Shown one piece after another: positions 18,071-27,795 of a stretch of 64,000 nucleotides of DNA. Position numbers and translations under genes: made by a program. Below the pieces are notes generated by a model. It saw only the letters and a list, made by a program, of their open reading frames with translations. It had not been told where the DNA came from and ran no database searches. The stretch covers positions 96,001 to 160,000 of the forward strand of contig JBEIPA010000001.1 of the NCBI GenBank assembly GCA_040377305.1, read 5' to 3'. The DNA comes from Flavobacteriales bacterium (lineage in GTDB: Bacteria; Bacteroidota; Bacteroidia; Palsa-965). The stretch's first letter is position 1; every line of letters begins with the position of its first letter.

Positions 18071-19045
18071 CTACCAGCCGAGTATCCACGCAAAAATCAA
18101 CGGTGCGCATATCGTAGCATCACTCTCCACAATAAATTTCGGAGTGTTGATGTCAAGTTTACCCCATGTAATTTTTTCATTCGGAACAGCTCCCGAATAG
18201 GAACCGTATGAAGTTGTTGAATCAGAAATCTGACAGAAGTAAGACCAGAACGGAACATCATGCCATTCCAAATCCTGATACATCATTGGTACCACACAGA
18301 TTGGAAAATCTCCAGCGATACCACCACCAATCTGGAAGAAGCCTACGCCTTTACCCGACGAATTCTTGCGGTACCAATCGCTCAGCCATACCATGTAGTC
18401 AATACCACTTTTCATGGTGGTTGATTTCAAGTCATTCTTGATACAATATGATGCGAAGATGTTGCCCATTGTAGAATCTTCCCATCCCGGAACGATGATT
18501 GGCAGATTTTTTTCAGCAGCTGCAATCATCCAAGAATTTTTAGGATCGATTTCGTAATACTGTTCAAGTACTCCGCTCTTAATCATCTTATACATGAACT
18601 CGTGCGGGAAATAACGCTCGCCCTTTGTATCAGCATCCTTCCACAATGCGTAAATGTGCTTCTGTAAACGGCGGAATGCTTCTTCTTCAGGAATGCATGT
18701 ATCAGTAACACGATTCATTCCCTTCTCAAGAAGATCCCATTCGTCCTGCGGAGTGAGATCGCGATAATTCGGAATGCGACGATAATGCGAATGCGCAACA
18801 AGATTCATCAAGTCTTCTTCAAGGTTTGCCCCTGTGCAGGAAATGATTGCAATTTTATCCTGGCGAATCATTTCTGCCAAGGAGACCCCGAGCTCTGCAG
18901 TACTCATTGCACCGGCCAATGAAACCAACATTTTTCCTCCTTCGAGCAAATGTGTTTCATATCCTATCGCCGCATCTTTCAATGCCGCAGCATTAAAGTG
19001 ACGATAATGGTGATCGATAAACTGGGAGACTGGACCTTTATTCAT
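18071..19045 (-). CDS. Deoxyhypusine-synthase-family protein (probable homospermidine synthase)
   Basis: LAGAMSTA, ISCTGANLEED, GWEDSTMG, IGGG, GSYSGAVPNEKITWGK and SDATICAPL. TACATTTG at 19070-19077. Confidence 0.9.
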   Translation of the reverse strand: MNKGPVSQFIDHHYRHFNAAALKDAAIGYETHLLEGGKMLVSLAGAMSTAELGVSLAEMIRQDKIAIISCTGANLEEDLMNLVAHSHYRRIPNYRDLTPQDEWDLLEKGMNRVTDTCIPEEEAFRRLQKHIYALWKDADTKGERYFPHEFMYKMIKSGVLEQYYEIDPKNSWMIAAAEKNLPIIVPGWEDSTMGNIFASYCIKNDLKSTTMKSGIDYMVWLSDWYRKNSSGKGVGFFQIGGGIAGDFPICVVPMMYQDLEWHDVPFWSYFCQISDSTTSYGSYSGAVPNEKITWGKLDINTPKFIVESDATICAPLIFAWILGW

Positions 19046-19207
19046 TGCTGTGATTGTTAAAATTCAGCGCAAATGTATGTAATAAGTAGACAAGGTTTTA
19101 AGTCACTAACTATGCAAGTCAAATACCGTTCTGGCTTGCCCACTTAATTACTTCACTACTTAAGTACTTCTCACTAACTTCGCAATGCTTTATAAGTCCA
19201 CCCCCAG

Positions 19208-19411
19208 ATGAAAAAAGGCGTAGTGAAATTTTACAACCGCAAGAGCAAATTCGGCTTTATCCGCGATTCAGAAACCGGGACGGAATATTATGTTCATGGG
19301 AAAGACATTGCTGGACAAGTGGAAGAAGGCGATGTGGTAACCTTCGAGCTCAAAGAAGAAAAAAGAGGCCCCGCTGCGTGTAACGTAAATCCGGAAAAAA
19401 CCGAAGGATAA
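19208..19411 (+). CDS. Cold-shock domain protein
   Basis: GVVKFYN..KFGFI, YYVH, EGDVVTFE and RGPAACNV. Confidence 0.92.
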   Translation: MKKGVVKFYNRKSKFGFIRDSETGTEYYVHGKDIAGQVEEGDVVTFELKEEKRGPAACNVNPEKTEG

Positions 19412-19631
19412 TACAAAACGAAGCATTCCACTTTCCAGATTTTTTGTTGACAAAATATTCACCGTTCTGAACGCGTTACCCAAAACGCCGTTTCTGTAAC
19501 GATTTGTTTTTCAGCCGATTATTTGAATCACCCCCAAAGTATTCCCTAAGTTCTTTAGCCAAATACACCGGACGTAACCTCGGTTTAACGATAACATAAA
19601 ATTCCCATTCCGCTCCGGTATATTTTTGCCA

Positions 19632-19639
19632 TACATTTG
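19632..19639 (+). promoter_or_regulatory. Bacteroidota -7 promoter element (TAnnTTTG) upstream of the lamin-tail/TonB/nuclease locus
   Basis: TACATTTG about 165 nt before the ATG at 19805. The same element precedes CDSs at 8225, 16484, 29947, 34463 and 36935 (+) and 14273, 19070, 36819, 48300 and 50134 (-). Confidence 0.55.
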
Positions 19640-19804
19640 CAACCTGTTCTGAAGTGAACACCCTCAGGAATTGCTTTCTGCAATTGTCCGCAACCGCTTC
19701 AGCACGCATAGTACCCTATAAGGTATATCGTGTTTTAAGTTTGGTTAATAAATACAAATTCATAATAAACCGCTAGCTGTAAAAGGCTGAATCAATTTTT
19801 CGTC

Positions 19805-20731
19805 ATGAAAAAAATTCTACTCACTATTGCTGTTGCTGCTTCTGCACTAACAATGAATGCACAAACTTTCTGTACAGAGCTTTTCTTCTCTGAATATGTT
19901 GAAGGTTCATCTCACAACAAAGCACTGGAAGTGTACAATCCAACCAATGCACCTGTGAATCTTGCGAACTACCGAGTGATACGTTACAGTAATGGATCCG
20001 CAGTTCCGGTTGACAGTTTCGATCTTACCGGTACAATTGCGGCTCATGATGTTTGGGTAGTAACTAACGGACAAGCTACTCCGGATGCGCAGGGCGCTTT
20101 CTGCGATTCTACGTTGAGGTCAATGGCAGATCAGTTGGGACCTGCACCATATGTTGCCGGTACTGCAGTAATGTTTATGAATGGTGATGACGCTCTCGGG
20201 CTTGCACGCATTTCTCCTTACGCGATTGTCGACATCTTCGGTAAAATCGGTGAAGATCCGGGCACGAGTTGGTCGGATGTGTTTCCATATACTGATGCAC
20301 AAGGTGCATGGTGGACACGTGATCATGCATTACAACGCAAACCTTCTGTTACCGGTGGAGTAACTGTAAACCCAACGGCATTTAACGTTACAGCTGAATA
20401 TGACTCACTTCCGGAAGATACCTGGACGAATCTGGGGATTCACAACTGTGTTTGTAACAACGTTGGCATTACAGAAAATAATGCGGGCGATAAAATGTCT
20501 GTTTATCCGAATCCATCAAACGGTGAATTCGTTATCAACACCACTGAAAATATTTCACACATTGAAGTGATCAATGCACTGGGTCAAGTTGTTGTTGTAG
20601 AAGAATTTACTTCTGCCGATCAGCAAACAACCAAGCGTGTTGACCTTACTGGCATGCCGGGCGGCATATACATGGTTCAGGTACAACTTGAAAACGGAGT
20701 TGTGCTTACTTCTAAGATCACTAAACGCTGA
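19805..20731 (+). CDS. Lamin-tail-domain protein with T9SS C-terminal sorting domain
   Basis: Signal peptide ending NA-Q; LFFSEYVEGSSHNKALEVYNPT and FMNGDDA (ExeM-like LTD); VYPNPSNG...GIYMVQV...KITK CTD. Confidence 0.85.
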   Translation: MKKILLTIAVAASALTMNAQTFCTELFFSEYVEGSSHNKALEVYNPTNAPVNLANYRVIRYSNGSAVPVDSFDLTGTIAAHDVWVVTNGQATPDAQGAFCDSTLRSMADQLGPAPYVAGTAVMFMNGDDALGLARISPYAIVDIFGKIGEDPGTSWSDVFPYTDAQGAWWTRDHALQRKPSVTGGVTVNPTAFNVTAEYDSLPEDTWTNLGIHNCVCNNVGITENNAGDKMSVYPNPSNGEFVINTTENISHIEVINALGQVVVVEEFTSADQQTTKRVDLTGMPGGIYMVQVQLENGVVLTSKITKR

Positions 20732-20756
20732 TTTTTGTACCTGCAGATGTATATTC

Positions 20757-20787
20757 AAAATGCTGACTTTATCGTCAGCATTTTTTT
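20757..20787 (+). terminator. Intra-operon hairpin/terminator
   Basis: AAAATGCTGAC-tttatc-GTCAGCATTTTTTT. Confidence 0.7.
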
Positions 20788-20796
20788 CTGATCACA

Positions 20797-23724
20797 ATGA
20801 AAAACATCATATCATCCGCTTTATTTGTTCTGTTCGCATTCACACTGAATGCGCAGTCAACCGTTTCCGGAAAAGTAACTGACGAGAATACCGGCGAGGC
20901 ACTTGTCGGCGCAATCGTGGTTGCAGATTCGAGCAATAACGTTTCTGTTACTGACATCGATGGCAACTACAAACTCAAACTGAACGACGGAGCACATGCT
21001 TTGCAGGTTCGATACACTGGTTATACGCATACGGCTGTAACCGTGAATGTGTCCAGCAAAGACATGAACGTTGATTTGCCTGTAAAAAGCAACACACTGA
21101 AGGAGGTTCAGATTGTTGCAGACATCGTTATCGACCGTAAAACGCCTGTAGCGGTGAGCAATATCGGGGAACAGAAAATCCGCGAAGAAGCAGCAGGTCG
21201 TGACGTAACCATGTTGCTTAACTCAACTCCTGGTGCGTATGCAACAGAGCAAGGTGGTGGCGCAGGTGATTCCCGTGTTAATGTTCGTGGAGCTGATCAA
21301 CGTAACGTGGGCGTTATGGTTGATGGTGTGCCAATGAACGACATGGAGAACGGACAAGTATATTGGAGCAACTGGTCGGGTTTGATGGACGTAACCCGCA
21401 CAATGCAGGTGCAACGTGGACTTGGTGCATCAAAGCTTGCCATTCCATCTGTGGGTGGTACAATCAACATTCTCACTCGAGGAATAGATCAAAAGAGAAG
21501 TTTCGTTTTCAAATCTGAAATCGGAAACAACAGCCTGCAGAAATATTACGTAGGATTCAATTCCGGCGAATTCGGAAATGGCTGGGGAATTACATTCGCG
21601 GGTTCCCGCCGTACTGCACAAGGCTGGGTTGATCAAACCTGGGATGATCAGTGGGCATATTTCGCGAAAGTTGAAAAGAGAATGGGCAATCACCTCTTCT
21701 CTGTTGGAATGAATGGAGCGCCGCAGTCTCATGGTCAGCGTTTCGATAGAATGCCGGTTGCAGTAATTGATCGCAAATACGCGGAGAGTATTGGTGCCAA
21801 CGTAGATTCTGTTTACGCCCTGAATGGTTACACGACATTATATCAAGGTGATCGTGGCCGGCAGTTCAATCCAAACTGGGGTTACATCGATTATACAGAT
21901 GGTCAAACGGGTAGATTGAATCAGAGTTCCAACTTCTATAATAAACCACTTGCAAATCTTTCCTGGTTCTGGAACCCCAATGAAAAATTCTCTCTTTCAA
22001 CAGTATTGTATTTCTCGCGCGGATATGGCGGAGGAACCAATTTCAATTCCGCGCCGAACCGCGACACAGCAACCGGTCAGTTGAATCTGAATCAGGTGTA
22101 CTCGCTGAATACAACAACCTTCGATGCGCTGTATAGCACAACGGAACACAAATCAACGCGCGCACTTCTCGCCTCGATGAACAATCATATTTGGTTCGGC
22201 GGAATTACAACGGCTCGTCTAAGCGTGAGTGAGAATCTGTCGATGACATTTGGTCTTGATGCCCGCCATTACAAAGGATCGCACTACCGTATGGTTTACG
22301 ATTTAGTCGGCGGAGATTATTTCATTGATAATGCAAATAAGAATCAGCCGAACGGAATAGGGAATCTTCAGTACTCGATGAAGCAACGTGGAGATACAAT
22401 TGGATACTTCAACGATTCCTATGTCGATTGGCAAGGCCTGTTTTATCAAGCCGAATATTCCGAAGGACCGTGGAGCACCTTCCTTACTCTGACAGGTTCG
22501 TTGTCAACTTATCAGCGTGTTGACCATTTCAAAAAACGCGACATCACTTTGGAAGATGGATCGGTTGTGCCAATGGTTGTTGGATACAATGAAGTGTATT
22601 ACACCAATGGAACAGAATCGGCACTTGCAATGAATAATGCAGTTCTCACTTCTTACGGGGACACACTCGTAATTGATAATCCTTCCGGACCGAACGATAC
22701 GATTGTTGGGGCAACCGCGTACGCCTGGAATTCTGACGCGGCATCAACAGCAAGAACAGTGAAGAAAACAATTCCGGGCTTCACGATCAAGACGGGTGCG
22801 AATTACAACCTCACGGAACATTACAACGTATTTGTGAATGTTGGCTTCATGAGCCTTGCACCACGATTCAATCAGGTGTTTGACAACAACAACCGCGTTT
22901 ATCCTGGTGAGGATGATACGTTAATGTCGATCGGTGATGTACATATTCGTTCTATGCCCAGCCGTCAGCAGAAAATTTACTCTGCAGAAATCGGTTTTGG
23001 TGCGCGCTATTCTTCATTTGCTGCGAACCTGAATTTGTACTATACCAATTGGATGAACAAAGCTCCATACAGCACACCTACCACAAGTATTGCAGGTGAT
23101 CCGTACACATATGATCTTACCGGATTGAACACCATTCTGATGGGCGTTGAGTTTGACGCAACCTGGAAACCACTCAAGCAATTGCAGATTGAAGGTTTGT
23201 TTTCAATCGGGAACTGGAAATACAATTCGGCAGGACGTGTGTATTTGTACGATGCAAACTACGTACTTGACGATTCTATCGATTATAGTGCGAAGGGCGT
23301 TCACCTTGGCGATGCTGCTCAAACACAGTTTGGTGGATCTGTTCGCTACGAGCCAATTGAAGGTCTTTACTTTCGTGCGCGATACACCTACTTCGCGAAT
23401 TACTATGCAAGCTTTGATCCGATCATCCTGATTCCATTGTACAACTCGCAAGGAAATCTCGTTGGCGATAATCGCGACCACGATTCATGGAAGCTGCCTT
23501 CATATGGCTTGATTGATCTTTTCGCAGGGTATGAATACAGAGACTTTGTTGTAGGAGAAAAAGACAAACAGATCAAAGTCGCATTCAACTTCGGAATTAC
23601 AAATCTTCTTGACACCAAATACATTTCTGATGCTCAGAACGGTGGTCAATTCGACGTAAACAGCTCACTTGTTTACATGGGATTAGGCCGCAGATGGGTT
23701 GCAGGTCTCAGATTCAGTTTCTAA
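20797..23724 (+). CDS. TonB-dependent outer-membrane receptor
   Basis: N-terminal CarboxypepD_reg-like domain (VSGKVTD..TGEALVGA), plug (RVNVRG, VMVDGVPMND, VQRGLGAS, GGTINILT) and C-terminal aromatic barrel signature LRFSF. Confidence 0.93.
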   Translation: MKNIISSALFVLFAFTLNAQSTVSGKVTDENTGEALVGAIVVADSSNNVSVTDIDGNYKLKLNDGAHALQVRYTGYTHTAVTVNVSSKDMNVDLPVKSNTLKEVQIVADIVIDRKTPVAVSNIGEQKIREEAAGRDVTMLLNSTPGAYATEQGGGAGDSRVNVRGADQRNVGVMVDGVPMNDMENGQVYWSNWSGLMDVTRTMQVQRGLGASKLAIPSVGGTINILTRGIDQKRSFVFKSEIGNNSLQKYYVGFNSGEFGNGWGITFAGSRRTAQGWVDQTWDDQWAYFAKVEKRMGNHLFSVGMNGAPQSHGQRFDRMPVAVIDRKYAESIGANVDSVYALNGYTTLYQGDRGRQFNPNWGYIDYTDGQTGRLNQSSNFYNKPLANLSWFWNPNEKFSLSTVLYFSRGYGGGTNFNSAPNRDTATGQLNLNQVYSLNTTTFDALYSTTEHKSTRALLASMNNHIWFGGITTARLSVSENLSMTFGLDARHYKGSHYRMVYDLVGGDYFIDNANKNQPNGIGNLQYSMKQRGDTIGYFNDSYVDWQGLFYQAEYSEGPWSTFLTLTGSLSTYQRVDHFKKRDITLEDGSVVPMVVGYNEVYYTNGTESALAMNNAVLTSYGDTLVIDNPSGPNDTIVGATAYAWNSDAASTARTVKKTIPGFTIKTGANYNLTEHYNVFVNVGFMSLAPRFNQVFDNNNRVYPGEDDTLMSIGDVHIRSMPSRQQKIYSAEIGFGARYSSFAANLNLYYTNWMNKAPYSTPTTSIAGDPYTYDLTGLNTILMGVEFDATWKPLKQLQIEGLFSIGNWKYNSAGRVYLYDANYVLDDSIDYSAKGVHLGDAAQTQFGGSVRYEPIEGLYFRARYTYFANYYASFDPIILIPLYNSQGNLVGDNRDHDSWKLPSYGLIDLFAGYEYRDFVVGEKDKQIKVAFNFGITNLLDTKYISDAQNGGQFDVNSSLVYMGLGRRWVAGLRFSF

Positions 23725-23782
23725 CTTAAACGTCTAATGAAACCGCTTGCGGTTCACGAATACAAAATCGAATACTAAAAAA

Positions 23783-25975
23783 ATGAGTAAAAAATTCATC
23801 ACAGCAATTTGCATGGCATTCACAGTTGCGGTTGCAGCTCAAACTACATTGCCAACATCGTGGAGTTTTGCCACCTCCGTTTATCCCAATGGTTGGACTG
23901 CAGTAGGAACAGGATTCTACACCGGGTCGGGTAATACGCCGCCAGCTTGTCGTTTCGACAACACGGCTGACTATCTTGAAATCTGGTTTGCATCTTCAGC
24001 AGGACCGGTAACGTATTACATCAGCGGGAACAGTTTCTCCGGCGGAACATTTGAAGTACAGGAATCGCCGAACGGAACTGCCTGGACTACGATGCGCACG
24101 TTCACTACGAATATGCCCTCGGCCTACACACAGTTTACGGATAATCCACTTGCCACCACACGTTACGTGCGTTTCTTCTATACCGTAAAACAATCTGGCA
24201 ACGTAGGAGTAGACGATGTTACGATTGCAGCGGCAGCGGCAACGCCGGCTCAGGAAATTGATGTGTTTTACAACACCACTGCACTCATCAGCGGAGGCAC
24301 AATCTGGATGGGTTCCCCGGTTAGCACAACTACTCCATTCGTAGTTGATGTAGAGAATAACGGAACAGTGAACACATTAAATATTGCTTCAGCAGTTCTG
24401 TCTGGAACTAACGCTGCTGATTTCAATGTCACTGCTTTCCCTTCGACCATCGCCGCAAACGGAAACGGACAAATCACTATTGACTTCACTCCATCATCAA
24501 CGGGAACTCGTGTTGCAACTTTAACGATCAACAGTGATGATGCTGATGAGCCTGCATTTGTTGTAAACCTCAATGGTGCGGGTGGAAACTTCGCAACAGA
24601 GCCAGCTTCACCGGCAACTAATATGACTTTCACGAACATCAAGTCGTATCGCTTTCAGATGAATTTTACTGCAGCCTCTGGTTCACCGGATGGATACGTT
24701 GTTCTTCGTCGGGATGATGCCGCAGTAACTGACATTCCTGTTGATGGACAATCATACTTGACTGGAGATATGGTCGGCAACAGTAAAGTTGCTTATGTAG
24801 GAACTGCAACTTCAATATGGGCAAATTACGTTGGCGCATCACAGGATTATTTCTTCGCTGTATTTCCTTACAATGGTCCCGGTGCATTCAGAAATTACCT
24901 CACAGCAAACGCTCTTAGTGGTAACGTAATGTCAGCTGGTTCAATGTTGCCTGGTGGTTACTACAGCAGCGTCAACACATCAGCATCAACTTTCGTAGCT
25001 GATCTAACTGCAGTTACAAATCCACACACAGATAAATTCTACAGCAACTACGGCCCGTACATGATTTCATTGTTTTGGGCACGAGACACCACAGCAGGTC
25101 AGCGAGCAGTAACCTGCGTATACTCTGGTGAAAATCAAATCTACAGTGAGCCTTGGGCTTGGACTATTTTCAGCCGGGAACACACATTCTGTCACAGCTG
25201 GATGCCAACCTACCCTTCATCAACCGGTCCAGAATACAGCGACTACTTCAACCTGTACCCTGCCAACCAGAACGATGCAAACGCTGTCCGTAGTAACTAT
25301 CCTTTGGGAGAAGTTGTAACGACAACATACACCTATCTCGGTTGCAAATACGGACAAGACGCAAATGGTCGCACCGTTTTCGAACCACGTGATGAACAGA
25401 AAGGTGATGCTGCGAGATCCATGTTCTATATGGCTACCTGTTACAACACACAATCCACTAACTGGGGATTACCGAATCCGATTTCAACGAGTATCATGTA
25501 CGGTCAGGATCAAAATCTTCTGAAAGCATGGCATTTTCAGGATTTACCGGACGCACGCGAAATTGCAAAGAACGATTTCCTCGATTCATTGCAAGGCAAC
25601 AGAAATCCGTTCATCGATAGCGTGAACTATGCATGTTATATCGACTTCAACGATATGTCGAAAATCAATGGTCCAATGGTTCCCTGTGCGAACTCTTCAA
25701 TCGGAATTCTTGAAAGCGGATCTTCAGCAGTTGCGATGAACCTCGCACCAAATCCAGGCAACGGTCTGTGTTCACTTACATATAAGACTGATCGCAACGA
25801 GCAGATTCAGATCAACGTGACTGATGTGCTCGGGAAAGTGGTTTACACCCAAACGACACAAGTGACATTGGGATTGAATGCTGTAATGTTGGATTTAGCG
25901 TTCTTGCCTGCGGGGTCGTATTTGGTGCAGGTTAAGGGTGCGTCTGTTTTAACGGACAAACTGATAATTAAGTAA
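23783..25975 (+). CDS. Secreted endonuclease I-family nuclease with Ig-like domains and T9SS CTD
   Basis: SREHTFCHSW, SDYFNLYP, NAVRSNYP, FEPRDEQKGDAARSMFYM and QGNRNPFID; ASH/Ig-like segment; LAPNPG...GSYLVQV...KLIIK. ATG at 23783. Confidence 0.9.
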   Translation: MSKKFITAICMAFTVAVAAQTTLPTSWSFATSVYPNGWTAVGTGFYTGSGNTPPACRFDNTADYLEIWFASSAGPVTYYISGNSFSGGTFEVQESPNGTAWTTMRTFTTNMPSAYTQFTDNPLATTRYVRFFYTVKQSGNVGVDDVTIAAAAATPAQEIDVFYNTTALISGGTIWMGSPVSTTTPFVVDVENNGTVNTLNIASAVLSGTNAADFNVTAFPSTIAANGNGQITIDFTPSSTGTRVATLTINSDDADEPAFVVNLNGAGGNFATEPASPATNMTFTNIKSYRFQMNFTAASGSPDGYVVLRRDDAAVTDIPVDGQSYLTGDMVGNSKVAYVGTATSIWANYVGASQDYFFAVFPYNGPGAFRNYLTANALSGNVMSAGSMLPGGYYSSVNTSASTFVADLTAVTNPHTDKFYSNYGPYMISLFWARDTTAGQRAVTCVYSGENQIYSEPWAWTIFSREHTFCHSWMPTYPSSTGPEYSDYFNLYPANQNDANAVRSNYPLGEVVTTTYTYLGCKYGQDANGRTVFEPRDEQKGDAARSMFYMATCYNTQSTNWGLPNPISTSIMYGQDQNLLKAWHFQDLPDAREIAKNDFLDSLQGNRNPFIDSVNYACYIDFNDMSKINGPMVPCANSSIGILESGSSAVAMNLAPNPGNGLCSLTYKTDRNEQIQINVTDVLGKVVYTQTTQVTLGLNAVMLDLAFLPAGSYLVQVKGASVLTDKLIIK

Positions 25976-25992
25976 TTACGAGGTCATAAAGG

Positions 25993-26036
25993 GACCCTTT
26001 GGGGGCGATTAGCCTTCAGAGGGTCTTTTCTTTTTT
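25993..26036 (+). terminator. Intrinsic terminator built on a GACCCTTTGGGGG copy
   Basis: GACCCTTTGGGGGC-gatta-GCCTTCAGAGGGTC followed by TTTTCTTTTTT. Confidence 0.7.
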
Positions 26037-26440
26037 GGTCCGTTATGTTGTCAAAACGAACCTAAACAGAATCCGAAACGTGTAGATAATTTGCTCTACC
26101 TTGCTTCGGTAAATACTCTGATAATCAATATATTGAGTCATCCGATTTGGACCCTTTGGGGGTACATTCTGAATGCGATGGCCCACTTTTCACCGCCCCA
26201 TTCCATTCTTTTACCCCGTTCAAATTCCCCACTTCTGTTAAACTTTCCTTCTCATCCTTTGTCCATAACTAAAACCATTTCCGCTACAGCCCGTATGAAT
26301 ACAGGGTTTCAGCAATTAACACTTCTGTAACCAATTGTTATCAAGACGAATATGTGAACTCTTAAAATTTGCATTTCTAAAATAAGTAGTTATTTTAGCG
26401 CGACATTAAATAAAAATGGACAGTAGTAGTTTACGACGAT

Positions 26441-27640
26441 TTGAAGCTGAACAGACATATCCTTCTGACCGCCCTGCTTTTTTTGGGCTTCACCCTTAGT
26501 GCATTCGCATTCACAGGCACTGCATCCGTAATCATTTTCGAGAGCGATACCGCAGATCCAAAACTTACCATCACTTCCGATACAACCGATCTGGTTGCAT
26601 CTGTTTCTGTTACAAAGCGCGACTCCGGCGAAACTGATCCTCCGGCTAAAACCACGCCTCCTAGCGACTCTACTGCAGAAGATGATGAAGATGTTTTCGC
26701 CAGTGAATTCTACGGCGATTTCGACACCACTGCAGTACATTCTGAGAAATTCGACGTGCTCAGCTTCAACGACTCGGTTCTTATCGTTCTGAATGGTGAA
26801 GGACTTGGAGAATATGTTCACCCGGTGCCGGGACCAAAAACTTCTGCATTCGCATTTAGAAAATACCGTTACCATCTTGGTGTCGACGTGAATCTCGAGA
26901 CTGGCGATTCAGTTGTTTCGTGTTTTGCTGGGAAAGTTCGCATTGCTCAATACAGCAAAACTTACGGCAACCTCGTTGTTGTTCGTCATCCGAATGGTAT
27001 TGAAACGTACTATGCACACTTGTCAAAGCTTTATGTGAATCCAGGACAAGAGGTGGCGGCTGGTGAATGTGTCGGACTCGGCGGTAACACAGGACACTCG
27101 CATGGATCTCACTTGCATTTCGAAACGCGATTCAAAGGACAGCCGTTTGATCCATCAATGATCATTGACTTTGATAACCAGTGTTTGCGTGGCGATACTT
27201 ACTATTTGTCGAAATCGAACTTCAAATACATGGCCGAAGTTCACAAGGTGAAGCATTACTCAAAGAAGAAAAAGAAGACGTGGTACACTTACTACAATGC
27301 AGGTGGACCTGAATACGCAACTGCTGCTGCGAAAGAGAACATGAATAGTGTTCCTGATCCGATTCCTGCAAACGGTATTACCCCGCCTATTCCAACAAAC
27401 GATCCGATTGATCCCAACGCTCCTAAGCCGGAAGTGAAATCTCAAGAAGTGAAGGTTGAACCTAAACCGAAGACCGAGGTTAAACCGAAGTCAACGTCGA
27501 GCTACGTGACCGTGAAGAAGGGCGATACACTTGGTGCTATTGCCGCTCGTAACGGAACAACTGTTGCCAAGCTTTGCAAGCTGAACAACATCAAGTCAAC
27601 ATCTGTTCTGCAGATCGGACAGAAGATTAAGATCAAGTAA
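26441..27640 (+). CDS. M23 metallopeptidase with C-terminal LysM
   Basis: HLGVD, YAHL and HLHFE; Pro/Lys linker; VKKGDTLGAIA...LQIGQKIKI. TTG start. Confidence 0.92.
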   Translation: MKLNRHILLTALLFLGFTLSAFAFTGTASVIIFESDTADPKLTITSDTTDLVASVSVTKRDSGETDPPAKTTPPSDSTAEDDEDVFASEFYGDFDTTAVHSEKFDVLSFNDSVLIVLNGEGLGEYVHPVPGPKTSAFAFRKYRYHLGVDVNLETGDSVVSCFAGKVRIAQYSKTYGNLVVVRHPNGIETYYAHLSKLYVNPGQEVAAGECVGLGGNTGHSHGSHLHFETRFKGQPFDPSMIIDFDNQCLRGDTYYLSKSNFKYMAEVHKVKHYSKKKKKTWYTYYNAGGPEYATAAAKENMNSVPDPIPANGITPPIPTNDPIDPNAPKPEVKSQEVKVEPKPKTEVKPKSTSSYVTVKKGDTLGAIAARNGTTVAKLCKLNNIKSTSVLQIGQKIKIK

Positions 27641-27795
27641 TTTCCTCTCGTTTCTTTTAACTGTGCGATTGCAGGTACGCAGTGAGTGATCACGTGCTGG
27701 CTATGCGCATTCGTTTCGTTTGGATAGCAGGTCTATGAAGTACCTCTACGTCATCCTATCATCCTATTATCCCATCATTGCACCATCAACAAGCA

